Position numbers and translations under genes: made by a program | Shown: in pieces, positions 33,321 through 48,771 of the stretch | Layout: each line of letters starts with the position of its first letter | Position numbering within the stretch: position 1 is the stretch's first letter | Notes under the pieces: model-generated | The model's database searches: none | The model's input: the letters and a program-made list of their open reading frames with translations, nothing else | Told to the model about the DNA's origin: nothing | Source of the DNA: the human T2T-CHM13v2.0 reference genome, Homo sapiens | NCBI RefSeq assembly: GCF_009914755.1 | Contig: NC_060936.1 | Length of the DNA stretch: 64,000 bases | Direction: 5' to 3' (one strand)

Positions 33321-36300
33321 GTCGGGATCTTCCTACAGCAGCCCCTCAGCCCTCCCCCTCCCCCATGTCTTACTGCATCCTTCTCCCTCAGCCGGCTTCA
33401 CACTGCTAAAAACTGCAGAAGCCAAGGGCTCCTGGGTTCTTCCCGCAGCCAGCACTCCCGACTCCCTCTGTCCTTTACTCGGATGCGTTCGTCCCCCTCC
33501 CAACAGGGTGCTCTGGAGTTGTGATGGGGGCTCCCGGGACCTTCCTCGGCAGGCGAGGATTCCTGCATTTGGAAGCACATCACTTTGAGAATATCCCCTT
33601 CCCCCATCCCACCCCCACCCCCACCCCCCACCCCCACGCCACCCGATGCAGAGCTTGTTCCTCTCCTCTCCCTCCCCCACCTTACCATCAGCAGCAGCAC
33701 CCTTGGCTTCTTGTTAGCGTTGGGGTACAGGACTGTTTGCCCAGCTCCGTGGGCTTGGACCCTCCTCTCTAGTTCTCACTTGGTACCTTGGGGCACCGCA
33801 AAGCCTCTGCAGTTTCTCCTGAGAGCTCAGCTCCATCCCCTCCATTGCCAGCAACAACCACCGGTGGAGACTTGGCTAACTTTCCAGGGGTTAGCCAGGA
33901 CTGTCAGACCCTTTCAGGGGCCCCAGCTTCGAGTTGGGATGGAATGGGAACCATTTTTCAGCCCGATAAATAGGATTCTTCAAACCATGCATTCCATCCG
34001 ACTACTCCACCCTATGCCCTCTTCCTCACTTACACTGCAGTTTTTGAAGCATGAGGGAATACATTTTATGTCCGGAGATTCCAAGGTTCTGCATCAGCGT
34101 TCATAATAAATGGATGTCATCTGTTTGGGGGGAGGGTAGAAGAAACTTTGGATTGCATCTGGCTAAAGTCAGGGGGAGGGAGAAATAATTAGCATGGAGC
34201 AAGCTCTGCCACACAAGGAAAACTGCTTTTTATGCACAGTGGGCACCAGAGAGTCAGGGATGGAAGCAGGAAGTGTGGGTGGGGGCCATGGGGGTAAAGG
34301 GGGAGAGTGCTTTTTATAACTGTTTTCTCAAGTTTGAACCTGGAGAGCCTTTAGAGAGAGGTAGCAGTGTGTTAGGGCTGGGGGATGTTTTAGCTTTCCA
34401 ATGGAGATTTCGGGTGTGGTAGGTTTTTCACTGTCTCAAAATCCCTCTGCACTTCTCTTTTCTCCACGTGCATTAGAAGATGTGGAGGGGGGGATGTTGT
34501 GCTTTTATTCTTTTCTCAAAAAAAAATTTTTTTTTGATTTGTGATGCAAATGGCTGGATAACATTACCACACGGTACCATCCTGGTAGGAATCTTGGGGG
34601 AATCAGACTTAAAATGCTGAAAGCTTTATAGCACATTACATGTAACCTGGTTCTTGAAATACTGCAGCATTTTTCTTTGGAGCTCATGACCCATAAGGCC
34701 TTCATTTCTCCCTGAAAGAGGATTTGGTTGCTGGTTGGTGAGGTGGTGGTTGTGGGTAGTGATCCTTTGGTGTTCAGCACGCATTCCCTGTCCTAGAAAT
34801 TGAGGTCCTCCCTGGAGAGGGCTGCAAGCATGTTCCGTGTTCTCTGAACATCTGATTCAGGGTATATGTAAATGTGTTGTGTTTCTGAGTAGAGCTGGTG
34901 GTGGGTATTGCAAAGCAGTTCATAATGGTGCAGATCAGTTATTGGTTTCTTGGCTTCAGTTTGAGCAGCTTTGGTTTTCATTTGGGGTTTTGTCAACTTT
35001 TATCAAAATCTTTGGAGGATTTTGTTTTAAATTAATAAAGGATAATCAAGTGGAATACTGCATCCTTAAAAACAACCATACGGTTGCTGTTGCTTTCCTT
35101 GTAGGACCCTTAAGAAATTTTTCTCCTGGTCCAGCTTTGGGTTGCCTGTGTTTAGGCTTGTATTCAGGTTTCTTGCTGTGGTGCTGAAAGGACAGTTCCC
35201 CGACCAGTTCTGCGGCGAAGTGCACACACACTGGACATGATTGAGTTTTTTTTTGCTTTTTATTATCAGCAGGCTTTCTCGTGGATGTGTATGTACATGC
35301 GCAGCTGGGTTTGTACTTGAGGTTGAGGCCTAGTTATCATATTTTATTACTCCCACATAACTCTTCATTTTGGCTGTCCCTCATGGAGACAATGTTTTAC
35401 AGGCTGCAACAGATCCATATGTAAGCCATAAGTGACATTTTGCTGACTGCATTATTTCAGCACACTTCAGTCATTTCAAATAGCAAGCAACTGTTAATAT
35501 TCTTGGTCTCCACAGGAAGTAATCCGATAGCTGGCTAAATTAAACTGGATCAGGAGAGCGTCTTCTGTGGGTTGATTTGAATAGTGAACTGGGAAAGGCA
35601 CTTGACACAGCAGAGGTCAGTATTACTAAAGTCGATTTGTCCAAAAAACTATTTTAAAATCATAAAATAGGAAGGAGGCCATAAAATTCACATGGTACCA
35701 CCTCCCACCCAATACAGGAATCTCCTTTATGGGAGATCTTTGCTTTGAATACATCCGTTGGTAGGGAACTTACTGCCACATAACGTAGCTCATTCCATTT
35801 GGATTCCACTGTGATCAAAGTATTTTAATCTCATTGAAAAGGTAATATACATAAAGTTGAAAGACATATAAATTGGAGCTATATCGGGGTAAATGCCATT
35901 CTTGTGCTTGTTTCCAAGAAAAGATTGAGAACCATTTTTCTGTAGAGAACATACAAGAAACTTGCACTTACTTGAAAAGAATGCAAAAATAGAGACATGT
36001 CCACCTAAAGCAAGAAAAACATTCTGTGAATGGAAAGAAAAATAATTATCTTTAATGTGCTGGTATTATGTAACAAATTGTTCTAGAAGGCACATGCTTG
36101 AATTAATGAATATTTAATTCCTATGGATTATGTCTAAGGACACTAAAGCTATACTATATAGAAAGCGTTAAAAATCCAAAGTATATCCAGAGTGAGATCA
36201 GTTACCATAATTATAAAAATACATACTTATTGCAGAAAAATTTTAATATATGTAAAAACAGGGAAAAAGTCATCCTTAGTTTTACCATCCTTACCATCTT

Positions 36301-37059
36301 TGCTTCTACCATAAGCAAAACAATTATCTGTGTTTTATTATGTTTTTCCAGTCTTTTTTTTTCCCATAGAGAGGGAAAGAAGCGCTTGTAAAGTTATCCA
36401 GAATGATAGTATTTTAAAACTGAGCCCTTTAAGCTCTTAATTTTATAGTTCACTTGCTAGTCATTTAGGGACTTAAACAGATTGTTGTATCTCAATTTAC
36501 CTTTTTCTTAATCCTTTAGAAATGTTCCAAAAAAAACTGTAATGTGAAAGAATTCACTCATAGAATTGGACTTCACTCGTAAAGTCTGTTTGTTTATATT
36601 TAGCACATTAACTGAGGAATCAATAAACCTTTTCTTAATCAATGAATCAACAAATAGTCTCACTCTGCACCTACTATATATAAGGCACTGAACTGAACAC
36701 TAGTACAATGCCTCTCTAAGCTGGCGAGCACCCGCTTAAAAAATAATACTGTGCTCAAAAACTGTGGCTATTAAGGTGTCGAAGGAAACAGAACTCTTAC
36801 CCTGTAAGTTTATTAATTGCGGAAATGTATGGCAGTCTGTTAGGGCCAGCCCAGTGATTTAACCTAAAAAAGAATAGTTTGTGCAAGAATGGGAAGTAAA
36901 TGCAGTCAAAAGACAAAGGAGAAGGTTTCTGGAAAAATTATCCCTTTGTGAAGTTATGGAGACACAGCCAGGACACATATTTAAGTACTATGTTAGAGAT
37001 TAAGGTGAAATGAAAACCCAAGAAGGTTGCTATAGTTACACTATTGAGAAGAAAATGTC

Positions 37060-37280
37060 AGAAGCAGTATGGGCTTTGGAATCAGACAAAACTAGATTCA
37101 AATCCCGACTCTGCTATGTATTGGCTTTGTGACCTTGGGCAAGTTATTTAATCTATTGGAGCTTCAGTGTTCCTATCTATAAAAGTGGGAATAATAATAC
37201 CTACGTTGCAGGGTATTTGTGGGGATTAAATGAAATCTCTGTTTCCTTATGGTTTCTGACACATAGTGCTTAATATATAT
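37060..37280 (+). mobile_element. MIR
   Basis: gggctttggaatcagac...gtgaccttgggcaagttattta. Confidence 0.8.
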
Positions 37281-40200
37281 TAGCCCCCTTGCCTCTAGGG
37301 ATTTAGCAGCTTAATGTGTATTTATGTATGTATTTGACGTAGTATATATGTACTGTATTGAATTTCAGTAGTCTGAAAAGCAGACGGATGCTTTATCTTC
37401 AGTCTGGCATAGAGGATGGAACCCGTAGGTACCCTAACTTGGATGGACATTGCTAAGAAAAGTTTTACTGTACAATTGCTCTGCTGGCTTCCACCAACAC
37501 AGTGCAAATGTGGTTACCAAAGTACCTCTTGCCTTGTCCATTCCCAAACTACACTAGAATAGGACTCTTTACCCAAAAGGAATGCTTTGGCACTCTCCAG
37601 CTGGGCTGTTTTTAGCTGTAGCCTGGGATCTGAAGGTGAAATGGACTCAAAGGCTGAGGCCTGCCTTTATGCTGACTTGAGCTGGATTTTTACATTGTGG
37701 TAAGTGATTATACATGTTTGGAGTTGGTTTTGTCTTCAGCACCATTTTAGGTTTCCCCACTGTATAGTCTTTGAACTGCTTTATTTGAATGGGTCTCATA
37801 GGTGACCTGCCACCTTTGGTAAATGTTACTCTGTGTTTGTCTATTTATAAAAACTTTCAAAATCCTTCTATCAGTCGATTGAGAAGGAGGTAAAGCAAAT
37901 ATCCTACCCACTTTATAGCTGAAGAAACTGAGTATCGAAGAGCTTAATGAAGGAAGTTGTCCAAGCTAAGGACTATCTAACTGGTGTAGTGGAGACTGGT
38001 ACCTAGGTTGGTCGACTCATGTTTAGTGACTTCTTTCTGTTAAATGGTGTTATATTCTGATGTTCATATAACCAAGTAATGTGAACAATTTTGGTTTTAT
38101 TTTAAGATATTATTAGCTTAGGTAGCTAAACATATCTTAGTGAGTGGGTATAATGAAAGATTCTGGGATAGACAGAGGGAGGGCAAAAGTGCCTTTGAAG
38201 GAAAGCATTTTGGAAGCAGGAAGGATGAGGGGAAATTAACAGAGGATGTATCAATAAGTAGAATATGGATGAAAACAGGAGGCACCAAAGTAACACACTT
38301 GTGTTCCTTCTGTGGCTATCCTAGCTACTTTTAAAAAGGTCATATCTTGGTGTCTGCTTATCTTTCATCCGTGTCTCTTGCATGTAAACACATATACTTG
38401 GCTATTCATGAAATCTCTCCCATTGCCAACCTAGGTTGTAACCAGGACTGTAGGGAATTATGACCATTGTTACCTGGACTTCTTTGCTTATGCAAGGCTG
38501 AAACTGGTGTGAGACTCAGAGAACAGAATATGCTGGGGATTGGTGATGGGTACGGGCAGCAAGTTGGGGCCAAAGAAGTTCTGGGAGGACTTTGGGCTAG
38601 AAGTAGTACAAAGGTTGGAGAGGCTAATAGTTAAGATTTTCCTTGGGTGTATGGAGATGTGTCATACTGAGGAGAATAGAATGAAATAAAAGCCAGAAGC
38701 CTGAGGGTCTAAGAGGTACTTTTAGTTTGGTGCTGAAGCTCTCTTGATCCTGGAAGGAGTTGATTGGGGTGGGTTGACTAAAATAGGCGATGGAGAGATT
38801 TGGATCACTTTATATTCACTATTGATGGTAGGCATCCTGTATTCACTGGGCATGTCCCAGGATCTGGAAGTGGAAAGCACTGAACTCCCTCAAAAGGCAC
38901 ATTCACAGGCTCCTTTCATATTCAGCTGATTAGTGTAGTTTTTTGTGCTATAAATTTTTGGGGGTTCCTGGGGAGTAAGAATGCTAGAGAAATAGTGGAT
39001 GCTTACTTATCCAGGGATGGATCATCAAGCTTGTGAATTATACAGTTATTTATTTTTCTCCTTTTTCCTCCATTATGAGCACTTAACTGATCATTAGCAT
39101 TTCTACCAGCGTGAACTTGGGAAGGGAGAAAAAGTCAAAATTAAAATGTTACTTTTACTTTTTAGATAATGATTGATAAAGGAAGAGATGGCAACTACTT
39201 TGTCAATGAAAAAACACCTCATATTTAATCTGTTCTTCTCTCCTTATTTTAATAGTATAGACAGTTGAAGGCTGAGCCTCTACAAGTTTAATGTCCACTG
39301 CAAGCTGGTGTAAATAGCATTTTTCTTTCATTTTAGTGAGCAACAACCCTGTAAACAAGTAGGGCTTAATTTATTATATATTTAGCTCCTTGTTTCAGGA
39401 TTAATTCCTCAATTAAGGATAATGCAACAGGCTTTTGTGTTACATTCACTACTGTTTTTTTGTCTTAGCAGGAAGCTGAATGCTTTTAAGTGAAAAAAAT
39501 TAATGCATTATTAAATTGCAGGAAAAAAATCAAGCAGGTTGCAAATGAGACTGATAGGGCATTCTCAGAGGTCAGAATACCCAGAAATCACATTTGCTAC
39601 AGATTTCTCAATTGGATTTCCTGTGATTTGGTGAATACTCTAAAGAGGCATAATGCCTTGTTTGTAGGAAAGATGTCTTGAAGATAATTAGTCATTTTTT
39701 AAGATGAGTATTGTGATAGGGAGGGAAGAAAGTGTTTGGAGTGTGACGAATCATCATAGGGAGAAAGCAAAAGAAGGTGAATGACAGAGTGAAAATGGGC
39801 AAGGGGATTTGGATGTGAACGTGGGGAACTGCTCATATTTTAAGAGTAGGTATTCACTCCCCTCCAACAATTCCTTTGGGTACACCTCCGTATTACTGAA
39901 CCAGATCCTCATCTGCTGGACAGGGCACAGAACCTTGGGAAGGTGGTTTTTGTTGTTGTTGTTTAGTTTTATTTTATTCTTAGCTCTGCTAGAACTTTGC
40001 TGCAAATTGCTTTCTTTATCTGATCTCTGCATTGAGAAAACTGGAGAATATTTTCTTGCTTTATGGAAAAAAATGTAATATTCTTAAACGTTTCTTTCAT
40101 TTCCTCTTGATTTTTAGTCATTTAATACAAAAACATTTTCTCAGAAGGCTCTGTTGACAGTTTCTCTTCCATTGTCTTGAAATGTTTGTTTGAATATTTA

Positions 40201-40704
40201 ACAGAGGCACAAAATTCAAAAATCAAAAAGTTCGAAGTTAAGTCTTCTTTTACTGTCTCCCAGTCATGCAGTATGCACTCCATAATAGCAATTACTGTTA
40301 CTAATTTCTCTTGTAATGCTTCCTGCATACATACATGCACATATACATATTGTCTCCCCCTGCTCCTCACAGTTAGTTCCATTGTCTTTTAAGGAAGACT
40401 TAAAATAATTTGAGGATTTGGATTCTCATTCTAGATCATCTTAGATCAGTTAGTTACCCCTTTTCCTTAAGAAATACATAATGCCTCTGTTTTATTTTTC
40501 TTAGTAAAATTTATATTCTAATTTCTTGGCTTATTTAATGTGCAAGTTAGTTTGGGCTGAAGCAGCCTTTCCTACTAACCTACATTGCTTTTAGGGTTTT
40601 CCTTATAGAATTACCTGTTAAAAATAAAAGTGCAGGGGGAGACATAACCTTGAGAACTATTGGTTCATTGCTGTCTATGAGTGAATTCTAAATCGCCTGC
40701 TTGA

Positions 40705-41500
40705 CCACATCAGTCAACAAATATTTAGCGAGTAGCAACTATGGGATATATAAAAGATAGACCTTATGTTCTAGGAGCTTATTTATTTTGTGAAATAAGT
40801 CATAAACACAAAATGTTAAATAAGAAAAGATTTTCATAATGGTTGATGATTAAAAAGTTGGAAAGGATTTATTGCTAAATAAATGGTATAGTTAATAAAT
40901 TGATTTTTTAGGAAAGAGAGAGCATTTCAAGTTGGTATGATTAGAGACAGGTTGATGGAAGAAGCATGATTTGAGCTGGGCTTTACAGAATGGTTGGGTA
41001 GAACAGTGTGAGCCAAAGTGAGAAGGCAAGAATGTACAAAGTGTTTTGGGGGAGCAGTGAGAATCTCCTTGTGGCAGATAAGCCTGCAAAGATAGGATAG
41101 AGTTAGCCAAATATTAAGGACTTTTTGAAGTTTCATTCATAACATGGAGAATGTAGAATTTAGAGAGTATAGAATGACAGATGATCAAAGCTATACTGTA
41201 GTGTTTTAGGAATATTGGGCAGCAGTGTCTAATTGGATGGAATAGAGCAAGGAATGGACATCCACTTAGTTGGCTCTTTGATTTGTCCCAGCTGTGTAGT
41301 GATGAAGGGTTGGAGTAGTGTAGTGGTTATAAGGATGGGAAGGAAGGAAAGTAAATATAACTTTGTATATGTGTGTTACATGAATGTGTGTGTTTAACGT
41401 TTTTCTAATGTTAGAAATAGTTTATAGGAAGACTCAGTAGAACTCAGTGAATGACTTTACATGGGAGAAAAGGGAGAGGGAATAAAGATTATTTTACTGT
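40705..41500 (-). mobile_element. L2 fragment
   Basis: tcaacaaatatttagcgag...ttctaggagctta; tttgagctgggc. Confidence 0.6.
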
Positions 41501-43754
41501 TTTAAAGATTAGAGATAGAGAGTCTCCTATTTTGAAAATCTGGGGAAGTATGTTCTGTAATCCATGGTAGTCTGGTCCATAGCATTTTGGTTAACAAGCT
41601 GTCTTTATTTCTAATTTTCTAATTGTTTCTCTGCAGAGGGTTTTCTTGAGCTTTTAATGTTATTTCTTGTAGGAAAACTTGAATCTTCTGAACTTTATTA
41701 TCTAAGCTCTCACTGATAAAGATTATTTAATCTTCGTTTGTGGGTCTCTACCCTTGTTTTGGAGTTTTACATTCTGTCCATTCATAGACACTTAACTTGT
41801 CATTTTCGTTGGCATTCTCAACTCACCTTCAGTTTGGAGGATAAAGGAACAAGAATTCTATACCTTTTTATAGACTTGGTAAATGACTCTTTTGTCCTTA
41901 CCGAAACTCAGTATATTTGATTTTTTGATTGTTTGTTTATATCCCATGTGCTTCATGACAGCCATACTATTTGAAATTGCAGGCTGAGTTAAAGGTAGTA
42001 ACTGAAAGGATTTTAGTAGGTGAAAGCAGAGGGAAAGAAAAGGCCTTATCAGCCAGTGATGTTGCTTTCTGTTTCAGGTACTGAATCTTAGGCCGTGTAT
42101 GAAAAATGTCAGACTTGACTTGCATGATCTTCTTGGTATAGCTGGGGTACAAGACGGTGGCCAGAGGGCCCTAACGTACAACTTGAGTATACAGTGGTAA
42201 CTTAGAGCAAAGGCAGAACTCAGGGAGCTTGGGTTCTGCTACTGCCCTTTCTCGTCAGAAATGATCATTGAATGAGAAAAAATAAAGGGTTACTAGATTA
42301 TCAGAACATGGACATCAAAATAATAGAATACACCAAGAGAAAAAAAATTAGAAATTTAATGCAATTTTTAAATCTCATTTAATTTGTTAAAATTATATTT
42401 CTTCTCACCACGAAAGTTACTGAGTTCTTGCAAATTCCATTACATTTACCACAGTTTGCACTCAGACATTTGGCAGAAGTCCCCATGGTTTGCTGTGGAA
42501 CCAGTAGAGCAGGCACAGTTCATGTACAAGATGTTAATAAATTTAGCACTCTATTTAGGGTATTACCCAAATTACCCTTACAGTAATTCTATTAGGAGAT
42601 TCTCTGTGCAATCCCATTATAAGTGCATACCTTTCTCCTAGTTTGAATGCTCAAAGTAACAGTAATTAAGAACTGTTATACAATAGTCTCTTGGAAAGGC
42701 ATTCTTAAGGTAGCCTGGGATGAGGAAAGTCCATAAACACCACTTAACTGAATGATGGCAATCTGTTTTATTCATCTGGATGTTCTCATGCAAGTAATAT
42801 TTTAGTAGATCTATAGATTTTTCTTATTTCTTAACCATCTTTTTGTTTGTAGTATTTCTTCTTCCTTGTCTCTAGAAATGCAGGAGAGGGTTGTGTAAAA
42901 CCCAAGAAGGGTTTTACTAAGTGCACAGACTGAATGATTAAGAAGTGTAGTAGGGAAACAAAGTACAGTGATCATATGAATGTTTCACTTACCTAACAAG
43001 GCCTTTTTTTTTTTTTTCCTGACTCATGCAGGAAACTTCACCCATAAGTGCCCAAGGGGTAAGACTTATTTTGGGATCTTAAGGTAGACTTCTGGCATTA
43101 GAAATTGCTCAAAAGCTTTATAGGTCAAAGAAAATAAATTCATCTTTGTGTTATGAGTGGATATCAAAGATTTGCTATTAATTAGATATGTTTTCCATTT
43201 TAATTTTAATTAGATTAAAATTAAAGTCTGACCCTTGGGGGCTGATGTGCTTTGTTCCTAGCCAGTTGCCTTGTCTTTCACCTCGCACTTCTCCACAGGC
43301 TGCCTTGCTGGTTCCAGTGGTGAGGCTCAGCAGTCAAATGGGGATGTCACTTACATGCCCCACTTGGGCTCTACCCTGGAGCCCTACCTTTGCCAAGGGT
43401 GGTGCTCAGAGAAAGGGTTTTTTTTTTTTTTTTTTTTTTTTTAAGAGCAATGCATTTAATACTCAATGCAATCTGTTGCAAAATCTCAAGAAAAAAACTC
43501 ATTCCCAGAGAGGAAGGAGTGTGTATGTTTTTTTTCTAGCCAGGATTCTAGAACCATTAGCTCCTTATAGGCATTGCTTCTGTTTATATGGATGTTGAGT
43601 GGTCAGGCCTTTCCAGTTTTTTTGTTTTTTCCTTCCACAGTTTAATCCTAGAACCTAGAAAGAACTGTTATTTGTGGGAATTGAATGCTGACTTTGGTAG
43701 TATTAAGAAAAATCCAGTGTGGATCTGTAGAGTTCAGAGTATTGGTGCTCAACA

Positions 43755-44206
43755 CAGGAATGATAAATGTTTGAGATTATGGATATGCGAATTACCCTGA
43801 TCTGATCACTATATATGAATTGAAACATCACTATGTACCCCATAAATATGTATAGTTATTATGTGTCAATTAAAAATAAAGCAAAGGTAAAAATTTGAGT
43901 AAGTTTGTAACACAGAAGGCCAAACATTGTATAATTCCACTTATGTGAGTTACCTAGAATAGTCAAATTCACAGACAGAAAGTAGAATAGTGGCTATCAA
44001 GGGTTGTGAGAAACGGGTAGTGGAGAGCTACTGGTTAAGGAGTACAGAGTTTCAGCTTGAGAAAATGAGATTGTTCTGGAGATTTGTAGTGATAATGGTT
44101 GTACCACAATGCATGTACTTAATGTTACATACTTGTATACTTAAAAAACGGTTAAGATGGTAAATTTTATGTATATTTTACCACAATCAATCAATCAATC
44201 AATCAA
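43755..44206 (+). mobile_element. L1MA and L1MB 3'-end fragments, (ATCA)n tail
   Basis: aattaccctgatctgatca; ggttaagatggtaaattttatg. Confidence 0.7.
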
Positions 44207-46034
44207 TATAAAACAAAAAATAGAGTATGGATGCTAGTCCAGATTTTGGACAAGAGGGTATGTGGTGTTTTTATGGCCAAAATATAGGGACCAGAAACCC
44301 TGCTTTCTAGTGTGGCTTTGGGCCAATACACAGTGCCCCTGGGATGAGCAGGGTACTCTTTCCTAGTGGGAGACCTATTCCTATTAGAGTATTACAGCCA
44401 AATAAACCACTACTTTCTTCACAAGAATAAGCTCAATAAAACTAATATTTGAAAAGATTTTGAAGTTCTAGCTCATGAATGGCAAATATTATTTTCCTTT
44501 TTTTCTTCTTAATCTACCCAAGATAGTATTTCATTTTTCCCTTTTAACATTTTAAACAGCTTTTGTTTTATTTTTTCTTATTTTTAAAATTTTACAAACA
44601 GTAAAATTGAAACAAATCTTGGTGTACAGCTCTGAATTTTTACACATGTATAGGTTCATGTAACCGTGCCACAATCAGGATACAGAACAGTTCCATTACC
44701 CCAAAATACTCCCTCCTGCTGTTCCTTTGCAGTCAAACTTTCCCTAATCCCCAGCCCCTGGAAACCTGATTGGTTCTCCATTCCTGTGGTGTTACCTTTT
44801 CCAGAATGTCATAAAAGTAGAATCATACTACACTATATAACCCTTTGAGACTGACTTCTTTTGCTGAGCATAATACTTTGGAGATTTAACCATGTTGTTG
44901 TATTTTTCAATTGTTCTTTTTTATTGCTGAGTAGTATTGTATGTAACTGTTCCAATGCATATACATTGTATATAACAGTTTGTCAACCTGTTCGTCTGTT
45001 GAAGAACATTTGGAATATGTCCAGTTTCTGGTGATTATGAATAGTACTTCTGCAAACATTCATGTACAGGTTTTTGTGTGACCCTACCTTCATATTTCTC
45101 AAAGCTGATCCCTAAGAGTAGGATTGCTGGGTAATATAGTAAGTGTATGTTTACCTTTATAAGCAACTAACAACTGTTTTTCAGAATGGTTGTACCATTT
45201 CGCATTCCCAACAGCAGTGTATGAGAGTTCAGCAGCATATGCGAGTTCAGGTGCTCTGTATCCTCATTGGCACTTGGAATTGTCAGGTTTAAATTTTTTT
45301 TTTTTTATCTTAGCCATTCTAATAGGTGTGTAGTGGTATCTCATTGTGATTTCAGTTTGCATTTCTGTAATGGCTAATGATGTCTAATATCTTTTCATGT
45401 GCTCTCTGTGTATCTTTGTGAAGTGTCTGTTGAAATGTTTTGCCCATTAAAAAAAATTGGATTGTTTGTATTCTTACTATGAGTTTTGAGATTTTTGTTT
45501 TTAAAAATGTTGTTTTTGAGATATCAAAACAGATATCTTTATCAGATAACTTACATGGGCATATTTTCTCCCACTCTTTAGCTTAGCTTTTCTTAATAGT
45601 GTTTTTATAGAGCTAAAGTTTTAAATTTTGATTTAGTCCAATTTGTCAATTTTTTTCATTTATGGGTCACGTTTTTGATGTCATATATAAGAACTCTTTG
45701 TCAAATTCAAGATGTTCTTGGTTTTCTGTTAAAAATTTTGTGTAGTTTTACATTTTACCTTTAGATCTGTGATCCATTCAAGTTAATCTGTGTATTAGAT
45801 ATGAGATTTAGGCCTAGGTTTATTTTTATTTTTTTGCTAATAGATGTGCAGTTAACTGTTTGAGCACCATTGTTGTTCAAAAGACTGTCTTTCTCCTGAA
45901 TTGATTTTGGACTTTTGTCAAAAGTCAATTGCCTGTATTTATGTGGGTTTATTTCTGGGCTCTCTCTTCTGTTCCATCAGTCTGTATGTGTGTCTGCGCC
46001 TTCCTCAATACCACACGGTCTCTTTTTTCCCCAG

Positions 46035-46393
46035 GTTTTTTTGTTTGTTTGTTTGTTTGTTTTTTGTTTTTTTAACGGGTTTTTGTTTCGTTTTGTTTGG
46101 TTTTCTTTAGAGATGGAGTTTCGCTCTTGTTGCCCAGGCTGGAGTGCATGTCACGATCTCAGCTCACCGCAACCTCCGCCTCCCCTTCAAGCAATTCTCC
46201 TGCCTCAGCCTCAGAAGTAGCTGGGATTACAGGCATGCGCCACCACACCTGGCTAATTTTGTATTTTTCTTTTTTAGTAGAGATGGGGTTTCTCCATGTT
46301 GGTCAGGCTGGTCTCAAACTCCTGATCTCAGGTGATCCGCTGCCTTGGCCTCCCAAAGTGCTGGGATTACAGGCATGAGCCACTGTACCAGGC
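46035..46393 (-). mobile_element. AluS with long (TTTG)n tail
   Basis: Full dimer. Confidence 0.9.
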
Positions 46394-46399
46394 TCCAGT

Positions 46400-46625
46400 G
46401 TTTTTTTTTTTAGCTTTTATTTTAGGTTTGGGGGTACATGTGCAGGTTTGTTGTATAGATAGATTACATATCACTGGGGTTTAGCATACAGATTATTTTG
46501 TCACCCAGGTTATAAGCATAGTACCTGATGGGTGTTTTTTTGTTTCTCACCCTCCTCCTAACGTCCACCCTCAAGTAGGCCCAGGTGTCTGTTGTTCCCC
46601 TCTTCCTTTCCATATGTACTCAGAG
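46400..46625 (-). mobile_element. Old L1PA (PA13-16-like) 3'UTR fragment
   Basis: ggtacatgtgcaggtttgtt...ccctcaagtaggccc. Confidence 0.7.
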
Positions 46626-48280
46626 TTTTAAATACGAGTTTTTCATGTTCCTAATTTAGCTATTCTATTGTCATAGCTTTCTTTTCTTTCCCCATAAGTT
46701 ATTGGGGTACAGGTGGTATTTGGTTACATCAGTAAGTTCTTTAGTGGTGATATGTGAGATTTTGGTGTACCCATCACCTGAGCAGTACACACTGCACCAT
46801 ATTTGTAGTCTTTTATCCCCTGCCTTCTTCCCCAAAGTCCACTGTATCATTCTTAGGCCTTTTCATCCTCATAGCTTAGCTCCCACCTATCAGTGAGAAC
46901 ACATGATGTTTGGTTTTCCATTCCTGAGTTACTTCACTTAGAATAATAGTCTCCAATCTCATCTAGGTCATTGCAAATGCCGTTAATTCATTCCTTTTTA
47001 TGGCTGAGTAGTATTCCATCATATATACACCACAGTTTCTTTATCCACTTGTTGATTAATGGGCATTTGGGTTAGTTCCACAATGTTGCAGTTGTGAATT
47101 GTGCTGCTATAAACATGTGTGTGCAAGTATCTTTTTCATATAATGACTTCTTTTCCTCTGGGTGGATACCCAGTAGTGGGATTGCTGGACCAAATGGTAG
47201 TTCTACTTTTAGTTTTTTAAGGAATCTCCACACTGTTTTCCATAGCAGCTGTACTAGTTTACGTTCCCACCAGCAATGTAGAAGTGTTCCCTGTTCACTG
47301 CATCCACACCAACATCTACTGTTTTTTGATTATTTGATTATGGCCATTCTTTCAGGAGTAAGGTGGTATTGCATTGTGGTTTTGGTTCCCATTTCCCTGA
47401 TCATTAGTGATGTTGAGCATTTTTTCATATATTTGTTGGCCATTTGTATATCTTCTTTTGAGAATTGTCTGTTCATGTCCTTAGCCCACTTTTTGATGGG
47501 ATTGTTTGTTTTTTTTCTTACTGATTTGTTTGAGTTCATTGTAGATTCTGGTTATTAGTCCTTTTTCAGATATATAGATTGTCAAGATTTTCTCCTCTGT
47601 GGGTTGTCTGTTTACTCTGCTGACTTCCTTGTGCCGTGCAAAAGCTTTTAGTTTAATTAAGCCCCAACTATTATCTTTGTTTTTATTGCATTTGCTTTTG
47701 GGTTCTTGGCCATGAAATCCTTGCCTAAGCCAATGTCTAGAAGGGTTTTTCATTGTTATCTTCTAGAATTTTTATAGTTTCAGGTTTTAGATTTAAGTCC
47801 TTAATCCATCTTGAGTTGATTTTTGTATAAGGTGAGAGATGAGGATCCAATTTCATTCTCCTACATGTGGCTAGCCAATTATCCCAGCACCATTTGTTGA
47901 AAAGGGTGTCTATTCCCCGCTTACGTTTTTGTTTCCTTTGTTGAAGATCAGTTGGCTGTAAGTATTTGAGTTTACTTCTGGGTTCTCTATTCTGTTCCGT
48001 TGGTCTATGTGCCTATTTTTATACCAGTACCACACTGTTTTGGTGACTATGGCCTTATAGTATAGTTTGAAATCAGGTAGTATGATGCCTCCAGATTTGT
48101 TCTTTTTGCTTAGTCTTGCTTTGGCTATGTGGGCTCTTTTTTGGTTCCATATGAATTTTAGAATTGTTTTTCTAATTCCGAGAAGAGTGATGGTGGCATT
48201 TTTGTGGGGATTGCATTGCATTTGTAGATTGGTTTTGGCTGTGTGGTCATTTTCACAATATTGATTGTACCCATCCATGA

Positions 48281-48771
<491 letters not shown>

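Noticed and set aside
31952-33772. Many long overlapping ORFs (up to 268 aa) across the CpG island
   Set aside because: Low-complexity Arg/Ala/Pro/Gly frames expected from stop-codon scarcity in very GC-rich DNA; no domain recognised
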